DNA of 64,000 bases. Origin: Narcine bancroftii. Taxonomy: Eukaryota. The DNA is taken from assembly GCF_036971445.1 (NCBI RefSeq), contig NC_091470.1, positions 184,822,001-184,886,000 on the forward strand, given 5' to 3'. Made by a program: the position numbers and the translations under genes. A model generated the notes under the pieces. It had not been told where the DNA came from, made no database searches, and was given only the letters and a program-made list of their open reading frames with translations. Shown here one piece after another: positions 24,725 through 38,300 of the stretch (the first letter of the stretch is position 1; each line of letters starts with the position of its first letter).

Positions 24725-27005
24725 CTGCCCGAAGCGGAAAACAAAACATTGGGGGTTGGAGGCTCGGTGGGATGGCTGATCACCTTGGCCGATCGCCTGG
24801 CCGACAATGGGATGTCCCGAAACCATACCGCAAAGGAAAGACCCTCAGCCCATCTAGTCTGAGCCAAACTATAATTCTGCCCAATCCCACTGACCCACAG
24901 TGGGTCTGTGCACATTCCATCGCCCTCCCATCCTTGGAGTAGTCCAAATTTTCCTTCAATGTTAAAATTGGCCCCACATTCGGCACAGTCAGAGTAGCGG
25001 TTAGCACCATGCCTTTACAGCGATCAGGACCGGGGTTTGAATCTCGCACTCTCTAGGAAGTGATGCTGCGACTGTTTAAGGCATTGGTGAGGCCAAGTTT
25101 AGAGTATTGTGTTCAGTTCTGGTCTCCAAATTATAGGAAGGATATAGATAAGGTGGAGAGGGTGCAGAGAAGATTTACAAGGATGTTGCGTGGCTTACAA
25201 CATCTAGAGTATGGAGAAAGATTAGAGAGACATTAAAGTTAGGCAACCCCATGAGCCCAATTGAACCCCCCCCCCCCACCAGTACATTTTGAAGGGTGGG
25301 AGGAAACCAGAGCCCCCCTGGGGAAAACTCGTGGGGACACAGGTAAAATGTACAAACTCCTTACAGACAGTGCAGGATTTGAACTCCAGGTCCGGTCCCG
25401 ATCACTGGCGTCGTAGCAGTGTTGCACTGACCGCTTTGTCAAATGTGATGCTTAGTACTTTCCTGTTTCCATTTCAGATTTACATCATCTGCATTGTTTT
25501 TTTCAGTTTCATTTCTATAGCGCCTTTCAGGACACCCCAAACCAATTTACAACCAGCGGCAAGAACTGGTACACAGCAAGCCCCCCCTCAACAATAGGAG
25601 CAGAATTAAACCATTCAGCCCATCAAGTCTGCCCCATCATTTAATCATGACCTGATCCATTTTCCCCGCTCAGCCCTGCTGTCTCCCCGTAACCTGGCTG
25701 ATCAAATCCCTCTCAATCCCTGCCTCAAGGACCCTGCTTCCACAGCCGCCCATGGCAACAAGTTCCACAGACTCACGTTTCTCTGACCAAAGGTAATTCT
25801 TCTGCATCTCTGTTTTAAATTGTCGCCCTTCTATCCCGAAGTAGTGCCCTCTTGTGCTAGACTCCCCGACAACGGGGAATTACTCTGTCTAGGACTTTCA
25901 GCATTCAAAATACCTCTACAGGGTTCCTTCAATGGGAACAGTCCAAGAGCCGACAAACATTCCTCATATACTAATCCTTTCACCCCACCCAGCGCATGCC
26001 CTGTTCTCGCTGCTGCCAGCAGGAAAGGGGTATCAGTGCCACAAGACTCGTACCACCAGGTTCAGGAACCCCTCTTCAATGACAAACTCAATCAGGGGAT
26101 CATTTTATTTTGGCACTTTATTGATTTTTTTTCTCTCTCTCTGTATTGCACAGTCAGTTTGTTAACATTTCTTTATTTGTTTTACATGTGTACATTTTTT
26201 TGCACTACCAATAAGTGAGAGTTCTGCCACGCCCAGAGGAAAAAGAATGTCAGGATTGTATGTGATCTCTGACAATAAACCTGGAATCTAAATCTTCTCT
26301 GAACCTTCTCCAACGCCAGCATGTCTTTTCTCAAATAAACCAGCCAAAACTGAACTCCAAGTGGGGTCTCACCAGTGCCCTGTAGAGTCTCAACATCACA
26401 TACCTGCCCTTCCTCTAGAAATGAACGATAACATTGCATGTGTCATCTTCAACACTCCATCGATCATCTCAAGCCTTGAGTTCAACATCAAGCTATCTCA
26501 CTGTTTCGAAGATATTGGTTAAACGTTGAACAAATCCCGAGTGTTTACGTACGGGTACAAACAGAATATTTAGATGACATACTAAGGAACTAAAGAAAAG
26601 ATTCTTGTTAACTCGGCCTGCAACATCACGGGCACCCGCCTTCACTCCATCTACAAGAAACAGCCTCTATCCTCAAGGACCCACCACCACCCAGGCCCTC
26701 TTCACACTGCAGCCATCAGGGGAAAAGGGTCCAGGAGCCTGAAGATGAGCTCAAGGACAGCTTCTTCACCGCTGTCATCAGATTCCTGAACCATAATCCC
26801 TTAACCTATCAGGCACTATTTCTATTAATTTATTGTAAGGTAGTTGATGTGAACGTTTGTGCTGTGATGCTGCCACAAAACAATGAATTTTGCGATTTGT
26901 TCGTGACAATAGATTCCGATTCTGCTAGATTTGGGATCGATGTGTCATGAGCAAGGGGAAAGCTGGGGGGTGGGCAGGAACAGGCAAAGCACTGAGTTCT
27001 CCTAC

Positions 27006-27326
27006 CATTTGTCTTATAAATGCTCTGGACCACCCCATGTGGCACCGAGACGTGTTGAACCTCGCACGAGTAAACGGTGCCTTGGTTCCACTCTTCCTTG
27101 GATGCCACCAGCTCGCTTCGGGAACAGTAGGTGCCGTTGCCGTACAAAACCGGTGCAGAGCTTTTGATGTTGTCCAGCACTGGAATCCTGTCAGCCAGCC
27201 AGCGGAAGGAGATTTCACCGGGGTAATAGCCGGCTGCCAGACAGGCAACGGTGGCCTTTCCCGTCATATCCAGTTCCTCGAAGCTCGGGGGCAAAGCGTA
27301 CACCTTCGGCGTCCTGGAATACTGAC
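27006..27326 (-). CDS. Ig C1-set constant domain exon 2
   Basis: tgtagcag|GT (NAGNAG acceptor) ...AATG|gtagga; 321 nt; phase 1-1. Translation GQYSRTPKVYALPPSFEEL..KATVACLAAGYYPGEISFRW..NGTYCSRSEL...EEWNQGTVYSCEVQH. Confidence 0.93.
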
Positions 27327-27519
27327 CTGCTACAACCACAATTATACAATTAGAGGACCCGACAACATATCCCAGGGATATTTTCCCTGATCCAATTCAT
27401 GAGCCCTCTCACTCCATAGAACTACAGGTTTTAAGGGTGGGAAAGTGAATGAAATTCATGGGTTTTAACCTGAATCAGGTGGTTTCAGTTACAAGGAGAG
27501 ACAGCGTTGGAAGTAAATC

Positions 27520-27760
27520 CCAAAAATCTGTACACACCGTGGTTGAAGTAAAAACACAAAAAGCTGGAAAAACTCAGCAGGTCAAACAGTGTCCCTTATG
27601 TAGCAATGGCAAAGATGCATCACAGACGGTTCAGGCTTGTGACTCAGAACTGAAATGGTTGGCTACTGGGAGGTCGCTGTGGTTGCAGACGGAGACAGGG
27701 TGCCCAGCGAAGCGATCTTCCAACCTGCAACCTGTCTCTCCGATGTAGAGCTTTTCCTGT
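27520..27760 (-). mobile_element. Penelope-like GIY-YIG remnant (others near 12270-12390, 28040-28260 and 52700-52800)
   Basis: LYIGETGCRLEDRFAGH...DLPVANHF. Confidence 0.65.
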
Positions 27761-28389
27761 GGCAAAGGGGTTGAGGTACCCGAGAGAGGAACATGAAACG
27801 GCGCAACACACCAACATGCTGGAGAGCAGGTCATGTGAGGTTATAAAGAGGAGGATAATTCACTATACATTGATCACAAATTCATACAGCACATCAAGGG
27901 ATGCAGCAGACCCAGCCCCAACTTCCGTAAAGGGTTTCTCTAGATGAAGGCAAGCCCGGAACATGGATCAATGAGATGTCACAAATTTTACATTTGTCAC
28001 CTAGACAAGTTATATCTGAAAGAAAACGAGATCTTCCGTTCTGGCCTTGTCGACATCGGAGAGACCGGTCATATTGGGAGTTCGCTTCGCCGGGCACCTC
28101 ATCTCCGTCCCCAACCATAACGACCTCCCAGTAGCCGACCATTTCGGTTCTGGATCACACTCCCATGCTCCCATGTCTGTCCATATGTCCAATCCCACAC
28201 TGACCACCTTATTTCCGTCCGGGCATCTTCCAGCCAGATGGCATTAACATTGACTTTACTGCTTTCCACGAAACCTGCTCGCCTTGTCTTTCCCTCCACC
28301 CTCCCCCGCCTTTTCTTCCCAGTTCAGACATGAACTCTATGGACTACTTTAAATGGCAACCAACAGGTTCGTGCACGAAAGCAGCTATT

Positions 28390-28690
28390 CTTGACACTTC
28401 TTTGGTTCACATGCTCTGGACCTGCCCTGGTCTAGAAAAATTTTGGAAAGGCAACATTGAAACTTTATCAAATTATTGAAACAATATCAAATTAAATCGG
28501 TGCCCTTTAATTCCACTTTTCAGAACATTTCAAGAAGATGATGTTTCACTAACTCCAACTCAAAACCAAATTTTATCTTTTACTTCACTGATGGACAAAC
28601 ATAAAATATTGATGAAATGGATAGAAAATACCCCACCTCCATGTGTAAAATGGTTAAACGGCATCCCACCTACACAAACACCATGTTTAA
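28390..28690 (+). mobile_element. L1/Tx1 ORF2 C-terminal fragment, continuing after the minisatellite at about 32230-32270
   Basis: Translates SLVHMLWTCPGLEKFWK...LMKW..NTPP..KWLN. The right side resumes with LNYIM..LNLEK. Confidence 0.7.
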
Positions 28691-28710
28691 ATGATTCTCC
28701 ACCTACACAT

Positions 28711-29586
28711 CTTTGGCTTGGCTTCGCGGACGAAGATTTATGGAGGGGGTAAAAAGTCCACGTCAGCTGCAGGCTCGTTTGTGGCTGACAAGTCCGATGC
28801 GGGACAGGCAGACACGATTGCAGCGGTTGCAAGGGAAAATTTGTTGGTTGGGGTTGGGTGTTGGGTTTTTCCTCCTTTGCCTTTTGTCAGTGAGGTGGGC
28901 TCTGCGGTCTTCTTCAAAGGAGGTTGCTGCCCGCCAAACTGTGAGGCGCCAAGATGCACGGTTTGAGGCGTTATCAGCCCACTGGCGGTGGTCAATGTGG
29001 CAGGCACCAAGAGATTTCTTTAGGCAGTCCTTGTACCTTTTCTTTGGTGCACCTCTGTCACGGTGGCCAGTGGAGAGCTCGCCATATTAAACGATCTTGG
29101 GAAGGCGATGGTCCTCCATTCTGGAGACGTGACCGATCCAGCGCAGCTGGATCTTCAGCAGCGTGGACTCGATGCTGTCGACCTCTGCCATCTCGAGTAC
29201 TTCGACGTTAGGGGTGTAAGCGCTCCAATGGATGTTGAGGATGGAGCGGAGACAACGCTGGTGGAAGCGTTCTAGGAGCCGTAGGTGGTGCCGGTAGAGG
29301 ACCCATGATTCGGAGCCGAGCAGGAGTGTGGGTATGACAACGGCTCTGTATACACTAATCTTTGTGAGGTTTTTCAGTTGGTTGTTTTTCCAGACTCTTT
29401 TGTGTAGTCTTCCAAAGGCGCTATTTGCCTTGGCGAGTCTGTTGTCTATCTCATTGTCGATCCTTGCATCTGATGAAATGGTGCAGCCGAGATAGGTAAA
29501 CTGGTTGACCGTTTTGAGTTTTGTGTGCCCGATGGAGATGTGGGGGGGCTGGTAGTCATGGTGGGGAGCTGGCTGATGGAGGACCT
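28711..29586 (-). mobile_element. RTE-clade LINE 3' fragment, copy 1
   Basis: FTYLGCTIS...RLAKANSAFGRL..VW..TKISVYRAVV.PTLL.GSESW...LRW.GHV.RM. Flanked by the repeat CACCTACACAT. Confidence 0.88.
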
Positions 29587-29663
29587 CACCTACACATACA
29601 CAATGGTTAAATGATACCCCACCGACACAAACACCATGTTTAAATGATTCTCCACCTACACAT

Positions 29664-29784
29664 CTTCTTTGGCTTGGCTTCGCGGACGAAGATTTATGGA
29701 GGGGGTAAAAAGTCCACGTCAGCTGCAGGCTCGTTTGTGGCTGACAAGTCCGATGCGGTACAGGCAGACACGATTGCAGCGGTT
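29664..29784 (-). mobile_element. RTE-clade LINE extreme 3' fragment, copy 2
   Basis: Nearly identical to the 3' end of copy 1 (ctttggcttggcttcgcggacgaagatttatgg...). Confidence 0.85.
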
Positions 29785-29942
29785 GGTTAAATGATACCCC
29801 ACCTACACAAACACCATGTTTAAATGATTCTCCATCTACACATACACAACGGTTAAATGATACCCCACCTACACAAACACCATGATTAAATGATACCCCA
29901 CCTACACATACACAATGGTTAAATGATTCTCCACCTACACAT

Positions 29943-30864
29943 TCTTTCTTTGGCTTGGCTTCGCGGACGAAGATTAATGGAGGGGTAATGTCCACGTCAG
30001 CTGCAGGCTCGTTTGTGGCTGACAAGTCCGATGCGGGACAGGCAGACACGGTTGCAGCGGTTGCAAGGGAAAATTGGTTGGTTGGGGTTGGGTGTTGGGA
30101 TTTTCCTCCTGTGTCTTTTGTCAGTGAGGTGGGCTCTGCGGTCTTCTTCAAAGGAGATTGCTGCCTGCCGAACTGTGAGGCGCCAAGATGTACGGTTTGA
30201 GGTGATATCAGCCCACTGGCGGTTGTCAATGTGGCAGGCACCAAGAGATTTCTTTAGGCAGTCCTTGTACCGCTTCTTTGGTGCACATCTGTCTTGGTGG
30301 CCAGTGGAGAGCTCGCCATACAACACGATCTTGGGAAGGCGATGGTCCTCCATTCTAGAGACGTGACCCACCCAGCGCAGTTGGATCTTCAGCAGCGTGG
30401 ATTCGATGCTGTTGGCCTCTGCCATCTTGAGTATTTCAATGTTGGTGATGAAGTCGCTCCAATGAATGTTGAGGATGGAGCGGAGACAACGCTGGTGGAA
30501 GCGTTCTAGGAGCCGTAGGTGATGCCGGTAGAGGACCCATGTTTCAGAGCCGAACAGGAGTGTGGGTATGACAACGGCTCTGTATACACTAATCTTTGTG
30601 AGGTTTTTCAGTTGGTTGTTTTTCCACTCTTTTATGTAGTCTTCCAAAGGCACCATTTGCCTTGGCGAGTCTTTTGTCTATCTCGTTGTCGATCCTTGCA
30701 TCTGATGAAATGATGCAGCCGAGATAGGTAAACTGGTTGACCGTTTTGAGTTTAGTGTGCCCGATGGAGATGTGGGGGTGCTGGTAGTCATGGTGGGGAG
30801 CTGGCTGATGGAGGACCTCAATTTTCTTCAGGCCTACTTCCAGGCCAAACATTTTGGCAGTTTC
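29943..30864 (-). mobile_element. RTE-clade LINE 3' fragment, copy 3
   Basis: ORFs 30589-30894 and 29997-30656 carry the RTE C-terminus with a CxxC...H motif (FPCNRCNRVCLSRIGLVSHKRAC). It is diverged from copy 1 and has a different 5' breakpoint. Confidence 0.88.
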
Positions 30865-32240
30865 CACATACACAATGGTTAAATGATACCCCACCTACAC
30901 AAACACCATGGTTAAATGATACCCCACATACACAAACACCATGGTTAAATGATACCCCACCTACACAAACACCATGGTTAAATGATACCCCACCTACACA
31001 AACACCATGGTTAAATAATACCCCACCTACACAAACACCATGGTTAAATGATACCCCACCTACACAAACACAGTGGTTAAATGATATCCCACGTACACAA
31101 ACACCATGGTTAAATGATACCCCACCTACACATACACAACAGTTAAATGATACCCCACGTACACAAACACCATGGTTAAATGATACCCCACGTACACATA
31201 CACCATGGTTAAATGATACCCCACGTACACAAACACCATGGTTAAATGATACCCCACCTACACAAACACCATGGTTAAATGATACTCCACCTACACATAC
31301 ACAACACTTAAATGATACCCCACGTACACAAACACCATGGTTAAATGATGCTCCACCTACACAAACACCACGGTTAAATAATGCCCCACCTACACAAACA
31401 CCACGGTTAAATGATGCCCCACCTACACAAACACCACGGTTAAATGATACCCCACCTATACAAACACCATGGTTAAATGATACCCCACCTACACAAACAC
31501 CATGGTTAAATAATACCCCACCTACACAAACACCATGGTTAAATGATACCCCACCTACACAAACACCATGGTTAAATGATTCCCCACCTACACAAACACC
31601 GTGGTTAAATGATATCCCATGTACACAAACACCATGGTTAAATGATACCCCACCTACACATACACAACAGTTAAATGATACCCCACGTACACAAACACCA
31701 TGGTTAAATGATACCCCACGTACACATACACCATGGTTAAATGATACCCCACGTACAAAAACACCATGGTTAAATGATACCCCACCTACACAAACACCAT
31801 GGTTAAATGATACCCCACCTACACAAACACCATGGTTAAATGATACTCCACCTACACATACACAACAGTTAAATGATACCCCACGTACACAAACACCATG
31901 GTTAAATGATGCTCCACCTACACAAACACCACGGTTAAATAATGCCCCACCTACACAAACACCACGGTTAAATGATGCCCCACCTACACAAACACCAAGG
32001 TTAAATGATACCCCACCTATACAAACACCATGGTTAAATGATACCCCACCTACACAAACACCATGGTTAAATAATACCCCACCTACACAAACACCGTGGT
32101 TAAATGATATCCCACGTACACAAACACCATGGTTAAATGATACCCCACCTACACATACACCACGGTTAAATGATACCCCACGTACACATACACAACAGTT
32201 AAATGATACCCCACCTACACAAACACCACGGTTAAATTAT
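30865..32240 (+). repeat. 33-bp minisatellite, roughly 40 units (further units at 28650-28710, 29587-29663 and 29785-29942)
   Basis: Unit AAACACCATGGTTAAATGATACCCCACCTACAC with recurring variant units. Confidence 0.95.
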
Positions 32241-34301
32241 ATTATGTCTTCTTAAATTTAGAAAAAAAATTTTTATCACCTTAAAGCGTCAAATATTAAC
32301 TTTCTTTTCAATCTTTTTATTAAACATATTATAATACATGAGGGGAATAGAATCTCGAATTGATAGTAAAAACAGAAACATCAATATGTTGCAATACTTT
32401 AATACAATGTGTAACATAACAACCTATTGAACAATGCTAACCCTTTCTCCTCAATTCGGAATATCCAAAAAGGAGAGAAAAAAAATCTTGTTAAAATCCC
32501 ATGTAACCTACCCAAATGAATTAAAAACAAGGCCAAGTGGCCTAAACCAAGATTTATCCCAACAGATAGTACAAACTATTTATCTGGTCCTTACCAATTA
32601 AAAAAATAACATGAATCCAGGACAGTCTGGAAGATAAAGTGAAAATACAGATGAACTCCTACGAAAATAGTTTAGAATGGGATGGCGAGTCTCTTCAAAC
32701 TTAACGGAGGTACCAAAAGTGCAGCTTCTCATTGCTTTACTAAACTGAAACATGACATAATTTGAGAGCGCCATTGCCCTAACGCCGGGGAATTAGAAGA
32801 CATGGGCCCATTTATGGACCATGATCATAACCTAACAGATGAGGGTGTCTAGATTCTTTGGTGCTATCTGGTTTCAAGTTCCTGTCACCTGATTCCCATG
32901 TATCTTTAATTAGTGTTCGAGGTTTAGATTTATAAAGATTTTGGGGATTTTTTTTCTTTATTTTTTTTCTATTGTTTTTAAATCTTATTGTTTTTATTGT
33001 GCTCGGAATTTTGTTATGATGTTAATATTGTATGGTGTTTCAATTATTTTCTTTTTTGAAAACTGTAGCGCCTTGTTCGAGTGTTTATATTGTAAAACAA
33101 CAATAAAAAATATTTTAAAAAGAAAAAGGATTTTTCAGCATTCATTATCCAATTATTCCATTCTTCATGCATGGCTTGTTCTTGCAGACATCCATTTGTG
33201 TAACAAAAAGTAACAACTTAATAAAATGTTTTAAACTGGTTAAGACAGAAGCTGGCGACAGACTGAACCGCGAATCGCTTTGAAACGGTGCTTCGCCCAC
33301 CTACTGGCTCAGTTTCACACACGTATTGTACTATTATGTTTGGGGGCCATCTTAAACCACTGATATGAGCTAAAACCATGAAATTCAGACTGAAATTGGC
33401 GTCTCATCTTGTCTGAAGGTCATCTTATCTGCCGAAAGATAGTCACATGCAGCACGGTAACAGCCCTTTTCGGCCCACAAGGCCAGATCGCCCGATTACG
33501 CCCGATTGACCTATACCTCCGGCACGTTTCAAGCAGTGGGAGACCCCCGGGTGGAAAACCCACGCAGACTCGGGCAGAACATACAGAACTCCTTCCAGGC
33601 AGATTCGAACCCCTGTCCTGGTCACCAGCACTGTAACAGCGTCGCGCTGACTGCTATGCCCGCCATCTGCCCATAATGCAGCCAAAGACATCGTTCAGAG
33701 GGAGGGCTTCAGGTTTCTAGATCATTGGGCTCTCTCCCAGGAAAGATGGGACCTGTTCCGATGGGACAGCTGGCATCTGAACTGTAGGGGGACTAATATC
33801 CTTGCGGAAGGTTTGCAAGTGCTGTTCTTGGGAGGGTGGGAACCAGAGGGCCAGAGTAGAGAGAGGAGTGGAGGAGAGAACAGATGATGTAAACATTGCA
33901 TGCACTGTTAGAAGTCAACGGGTTGTACATGGTGGAAATTTTCTAAAATGCATCTATTTTAATAAAACGAGTTTTGTAGGAAAGGCAGGCGGGACTAGAG
34001 CGGGAATTGGCAAGTGGAATGATGACATTGTGGCCATTAGTGAAACTTGGTTGCAGGAGGAGCAGGGCTTACAGTTCAATGTTCTGGGCTCACATTTCTT
34101 TATTCGCAATAGAATGGGGGAGATGAAAGGGGGAGGAGTGGCGTTGCTCACCCGGGAAAGTAGCACAGCAGTGTGCAGGCAGGTCAGGCCCAGAGGATTC
34201 GTCTCCTGAGGCTATATGGGGGAAGCTGAGGAATAGGAAAAGGTATGACCACACTCATAGACCACCCAAAAGTCACTAAGAATTGGAGGAGCAATGCTGA
34301 A

Positions 34302-34311
34302 GAGAGAGAGA

Positions 34312-34366
<55 letters not shown>
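34302..34366. repeat. (GA)n microsatellite inside a CR1 endonuclease remnant (about 33680-34480)
   Basis: Read directly from the sequence. The flanks encode ISETWL, GGGVALL and VGDFNFP. Confidence 0.9.
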
Positions 34367-34367
<1 letters not shown>

Positions 34368-35379
34368 AAACGACTGCAGAAAATAAAGGTTGTGACAGTA
34401 GGAGATTTTAACTTTCCACATGCTGGAAAAGGCTGGAGTTTGTCAAATGTATTCAGGAAGGTTTCCTAAATCAATAGATAGAGGTACCACTCCCTGGCCT
34501 CTCCCTGTAAACCCCTGACTAATCAAATACCTATCAACTTCTGCCTTAAATACACCCAAGGTCCTCGCTTCCACAACGCCTATGGCAAAAAGGTTCCACA
34601 CACTCACGTCCCTCACCACCCCCCACCCCGACCAAAGAAGTTTTTCCACATCTCTGTTTTAAATCAACACCCTTTTATCCTGAAGTGGTGCTCTCTTGTC
34701 CTGGATGTCCCTCTCGACCATGGAAACATCCTTGCCGCGTCTACTCTGTTTGGGCCTTTCAGCGTCCGAGATGCCTCCATGAGGTATTCCCCCGCCCCCC
34801 ACCATCCTTCTGTACTCCAATGAGTGCAGTCCAAGAGCCGCCAATCGTTCCTCATACATTAACCCTTTCACTCCTGGTATTTTTCTAAAAATCACATATA
34901 CTAACAAAAAAAGTGGGAACGTCTGTACACATTTCTTCGTGACTTTTTGATTTTACTCTGAAACTGTGAACACTTTAGAGGAAGAAACATGATCGAAATT
35001 GGTAGTGATTCTCAAGTACTTGCGCCTATAAGTAATTCAATCATCCTAAACCACTCATTTCTTCGTTGTATGGACAGGTACAATTTTTTTAGACCTACAG
35101 CAGGGTAACAGGCCCTTCAGGCCGACAAACTTGTACCGCCCAATTGCACCTAATTAACCTACAATCCTGGTATGTCTTGAAGGGTGGGAGGGGCAGCTGG
35201 AGGAGCCCAGGCAGACCCGGGGAGGACGAGCAAACTCCTCACAGGCAGCGCAGGATGTGAACCTGGGTTGCTGGCGCAGTAGCAGCACTACACTGACCGC
35301 ATCTCCCCAAAACGTGACAACCTTAAAAGGAATCTTACAGTTTGGATATCTCACTTTTCTTTGTTCTTTGAACAAGTCG

Positions 35380-38300
35380 GGGAACCCAACCCCAGTCCTC
35401 ATCGAGGGCTCGATAGCGGAGAGGGTCAAGAACTTCAAATTATTGGGGGTGAACATCTCCGAGGATCTGTCCTGGAGCCTCCACATTGATGCAATCACAA
35501 AGAAGGTTTGCCAGCGGCTAGACTTGGTGAGGCGTCTGAGGAGATCCAGTACGTCACCAAAGATTCTCGTAGAGGAGTCACGTGATGGAGTAGTGGCCGG
35601 ACGGTGAACTCCAGCCCTCTCCAGAAAAGTCGGAAAAAATAAAGGAAAATACAAAGGCACAAAAATAAAAATTGAAGTAAAGTGAGTATAAAGGTGGAAA
35701 GAAGATGGCGACGAAAAAAGAAAAATCGAAACCAACGGTAAGAAGAGAGGAAGAGAAGACAACGGAAGAAGAAGGAGAAGGCCTTACCTGTTCGAAGAGG
35801 CCCGCGGTGGAGAGAGAAACCCGCTCCCTCAGGTCGGTAGAAAGTGGACTACAAAAATGGCTCGCTGAGCCGAGTAAAAGTGCGCAACCGCACATGCAAA
35901 AAAACACACCGACGGGAGGGGTGACCAGCTGGGGAGTCGATCTCCACAGCCGGCAATGACAGCTGCAGAACACCTGCAGCAAGAGGAGAACATAGAAGAC
36001 AACGAAAACAAGAAAGAAGAGAAGAAAAGGACAACAAAGAAACAACAGATGGCCAACCCAGAGGAAGAAGAAGAGGAAGAGGAAGAGTACAGTGAAATAG
36101 AAGAAGAAGGGAAAGGCAAGATAAAGGATATACTTTCTCTTATTAAAGAATACATGGAGTCATTTAAAGAATGGCAAGCGCAAGAATTTAATGATTTAAG
36201 AAGAAGAATAAACAATACAGAAGAGAAAATGAATAAAATAGATATGACCATATCAGAAATGGGAAAAAGAATGGACAAGGTGCAAGAACGAGAAGCAGCA
36301 GTAGAAATGGAGGTAGAGGACTTAAAAAAGAAATTAGAGGAATCTAATAAAAAAGTTAAAGAGACACAAGAACTGTTAGCTCAGAAAATAGATATAATGG
36401 AAAATTATAACAGAAGAAATAACATAAAGATAGTGGGCCTTAAGGAAGATGAAGAAGGCAAGAATATGAGAGAGTTTATAAAAGATTGGATCCTAGGATG
36501 TCCAGAACTACAACAAGAAATGGAAATAGAAAGGGCACATAGAGTATTGGCCTTTAAACCACAACCACAACAAAAGCCAAGATCTATTTTAGTAAAATTC
36601 CTAAGATATACTACAAGAGAAAAGGTACTGGAGAAAACAATGGAAAAAGTAAGAGAGGACACAAGCCACTGGAGTACAAAGGGCGAAAAATCTTCATTTA
36701 TCCAGATATAAGTTTTGAACTCCTGAAGAAGAGAAAGGAGTTCAATGCAGCAAAGGCGATTTTATGGAAGAAAGGGTATAAATTTATACTAAAGCATCCA
36801 GCGGTATTGAAAATATTTGTTCCAGGACAGCAAAACAGACTATTCTCGGATCCAGAGGAAGCACGAAAATTTGCAGAACAATTACAAAATAGACTGAGAG
36901 ATGAAGACGTGTAACGAGAGTACAAAAGACTGCGAACTAAAAAGACACATAAGTTTTGAACTCCGGAAGAAGAGGAAGGAGTTCATTACAGCGAAAACGA
37001 TCTTATGGAAAAAAACTATTCTCGGATCCAGAGGAAGCAAGGAAATTTGCAGAACAACTACAAAACAAGCAGAGAGATGAAGACATGTAATAAAAGTAAA
37101 AATGACCACGATTTATATGTATGTGGGTAAAGAGGTATATGTGTGTATATGTATAGTGTGCATACATGAATGTATCCGTATTTAGAGGAAAATATAGAGA
37201 GTATAGACAAGAATTAATAAGGGAAGGAAATGGAATGGAGGGAATAAGGAGGGAATTAAAAGAGTGACCTTTGTTACATATGAAAAGTGAAATCTTTTCT
37301 GGGGGAGGAGTTACGGTCACTGCAAAATCAGCTGACGCTTGCGAGTGAATTCGCAAATCCAAATGGAGAGGGGAGATGTGGTTGTCCGACAAGGGATAAA
37401 GGACAACTCAGGAGGGGAAGGGGAGATTGGGGCTAAAGAAGTTTTAAATAGGAGAATAAGGAAAATGTTGGATGTTTTAGGAATGTTGTCTTATAAAGGG
37501 TTCAAAACAAGAAAACAGAAATGGATAAGAAGGAAAGGTAATGATGGAGAAACGGAAAGGGAAGATAAACAAAGTATAAAATGGCTACGTTGAACTATAT
37601 GACTTTAAATATTAATGGAATACATAACCAAATTAAAAGGAAGAAACTGATAAATTTACTGAAAAAAGAAAAAATTGATATAGCATTTGTGCAAGAAACA
37701 CATTTAACTGAATTGGAGCACAAGAAATTAAAGAGAGATTGGGTAGGACACGTAACAGCAGTATCGTATAATTCAAAAGCAAGAGGAGTAGCTATATTAA
37801 TTAGTAAAAATGTGCCATTTAAAATAGAAGAGGAAATAATAGATCCAGCAGGGAGATATGTAATGATAAAATGTCAGATATATTCGGAGTTTTGGAATCT
37901 ACTCAATGTATATTCACCTAACGAAGAAGATCAAAAGTTTATGCAAGATATCTTTTTGAAGATAGCAGATACGCAAGGGAACATATTAATAGGAGGGGAT
38001 TTCAACCTGAATTTGGATTCAAATATGGACAAAACTGGGAAAAAAATTAACAGAAAGAACAAAGTAACCAAATTTATAATTAAATCGATGGAAGAAATGC
38101 AACTTTTGGATATATGGAGGAAACAACACCCAAAGGAAAAGGAATATTCATATTACTCGGCTAGACATAAAACATACTCAAGAATAGACCTATTTTTGTT
38201 ATCAGCCCGTATGCAAGATAGAGTAAGAAAAACAGAATATAAAGCTAGAATACTATCAGACCATTCACCCTTAATATTGACAATAAAGTTAGAGGACATC

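Noticed and set aside
28650-32240. CRISPR-like array
   Set aside because: The units are head-to-tail with no unique spacers, the context is eukaryotic, and the unit derives from L1.
35154-36278. Hydrophobic minus-strand ORFs as a TM exon of the Ig-like gene
   Set aside because: They are the antisense reading of the A-rich L1 5'UTR and ORF1, and they lie between C1 and C2.
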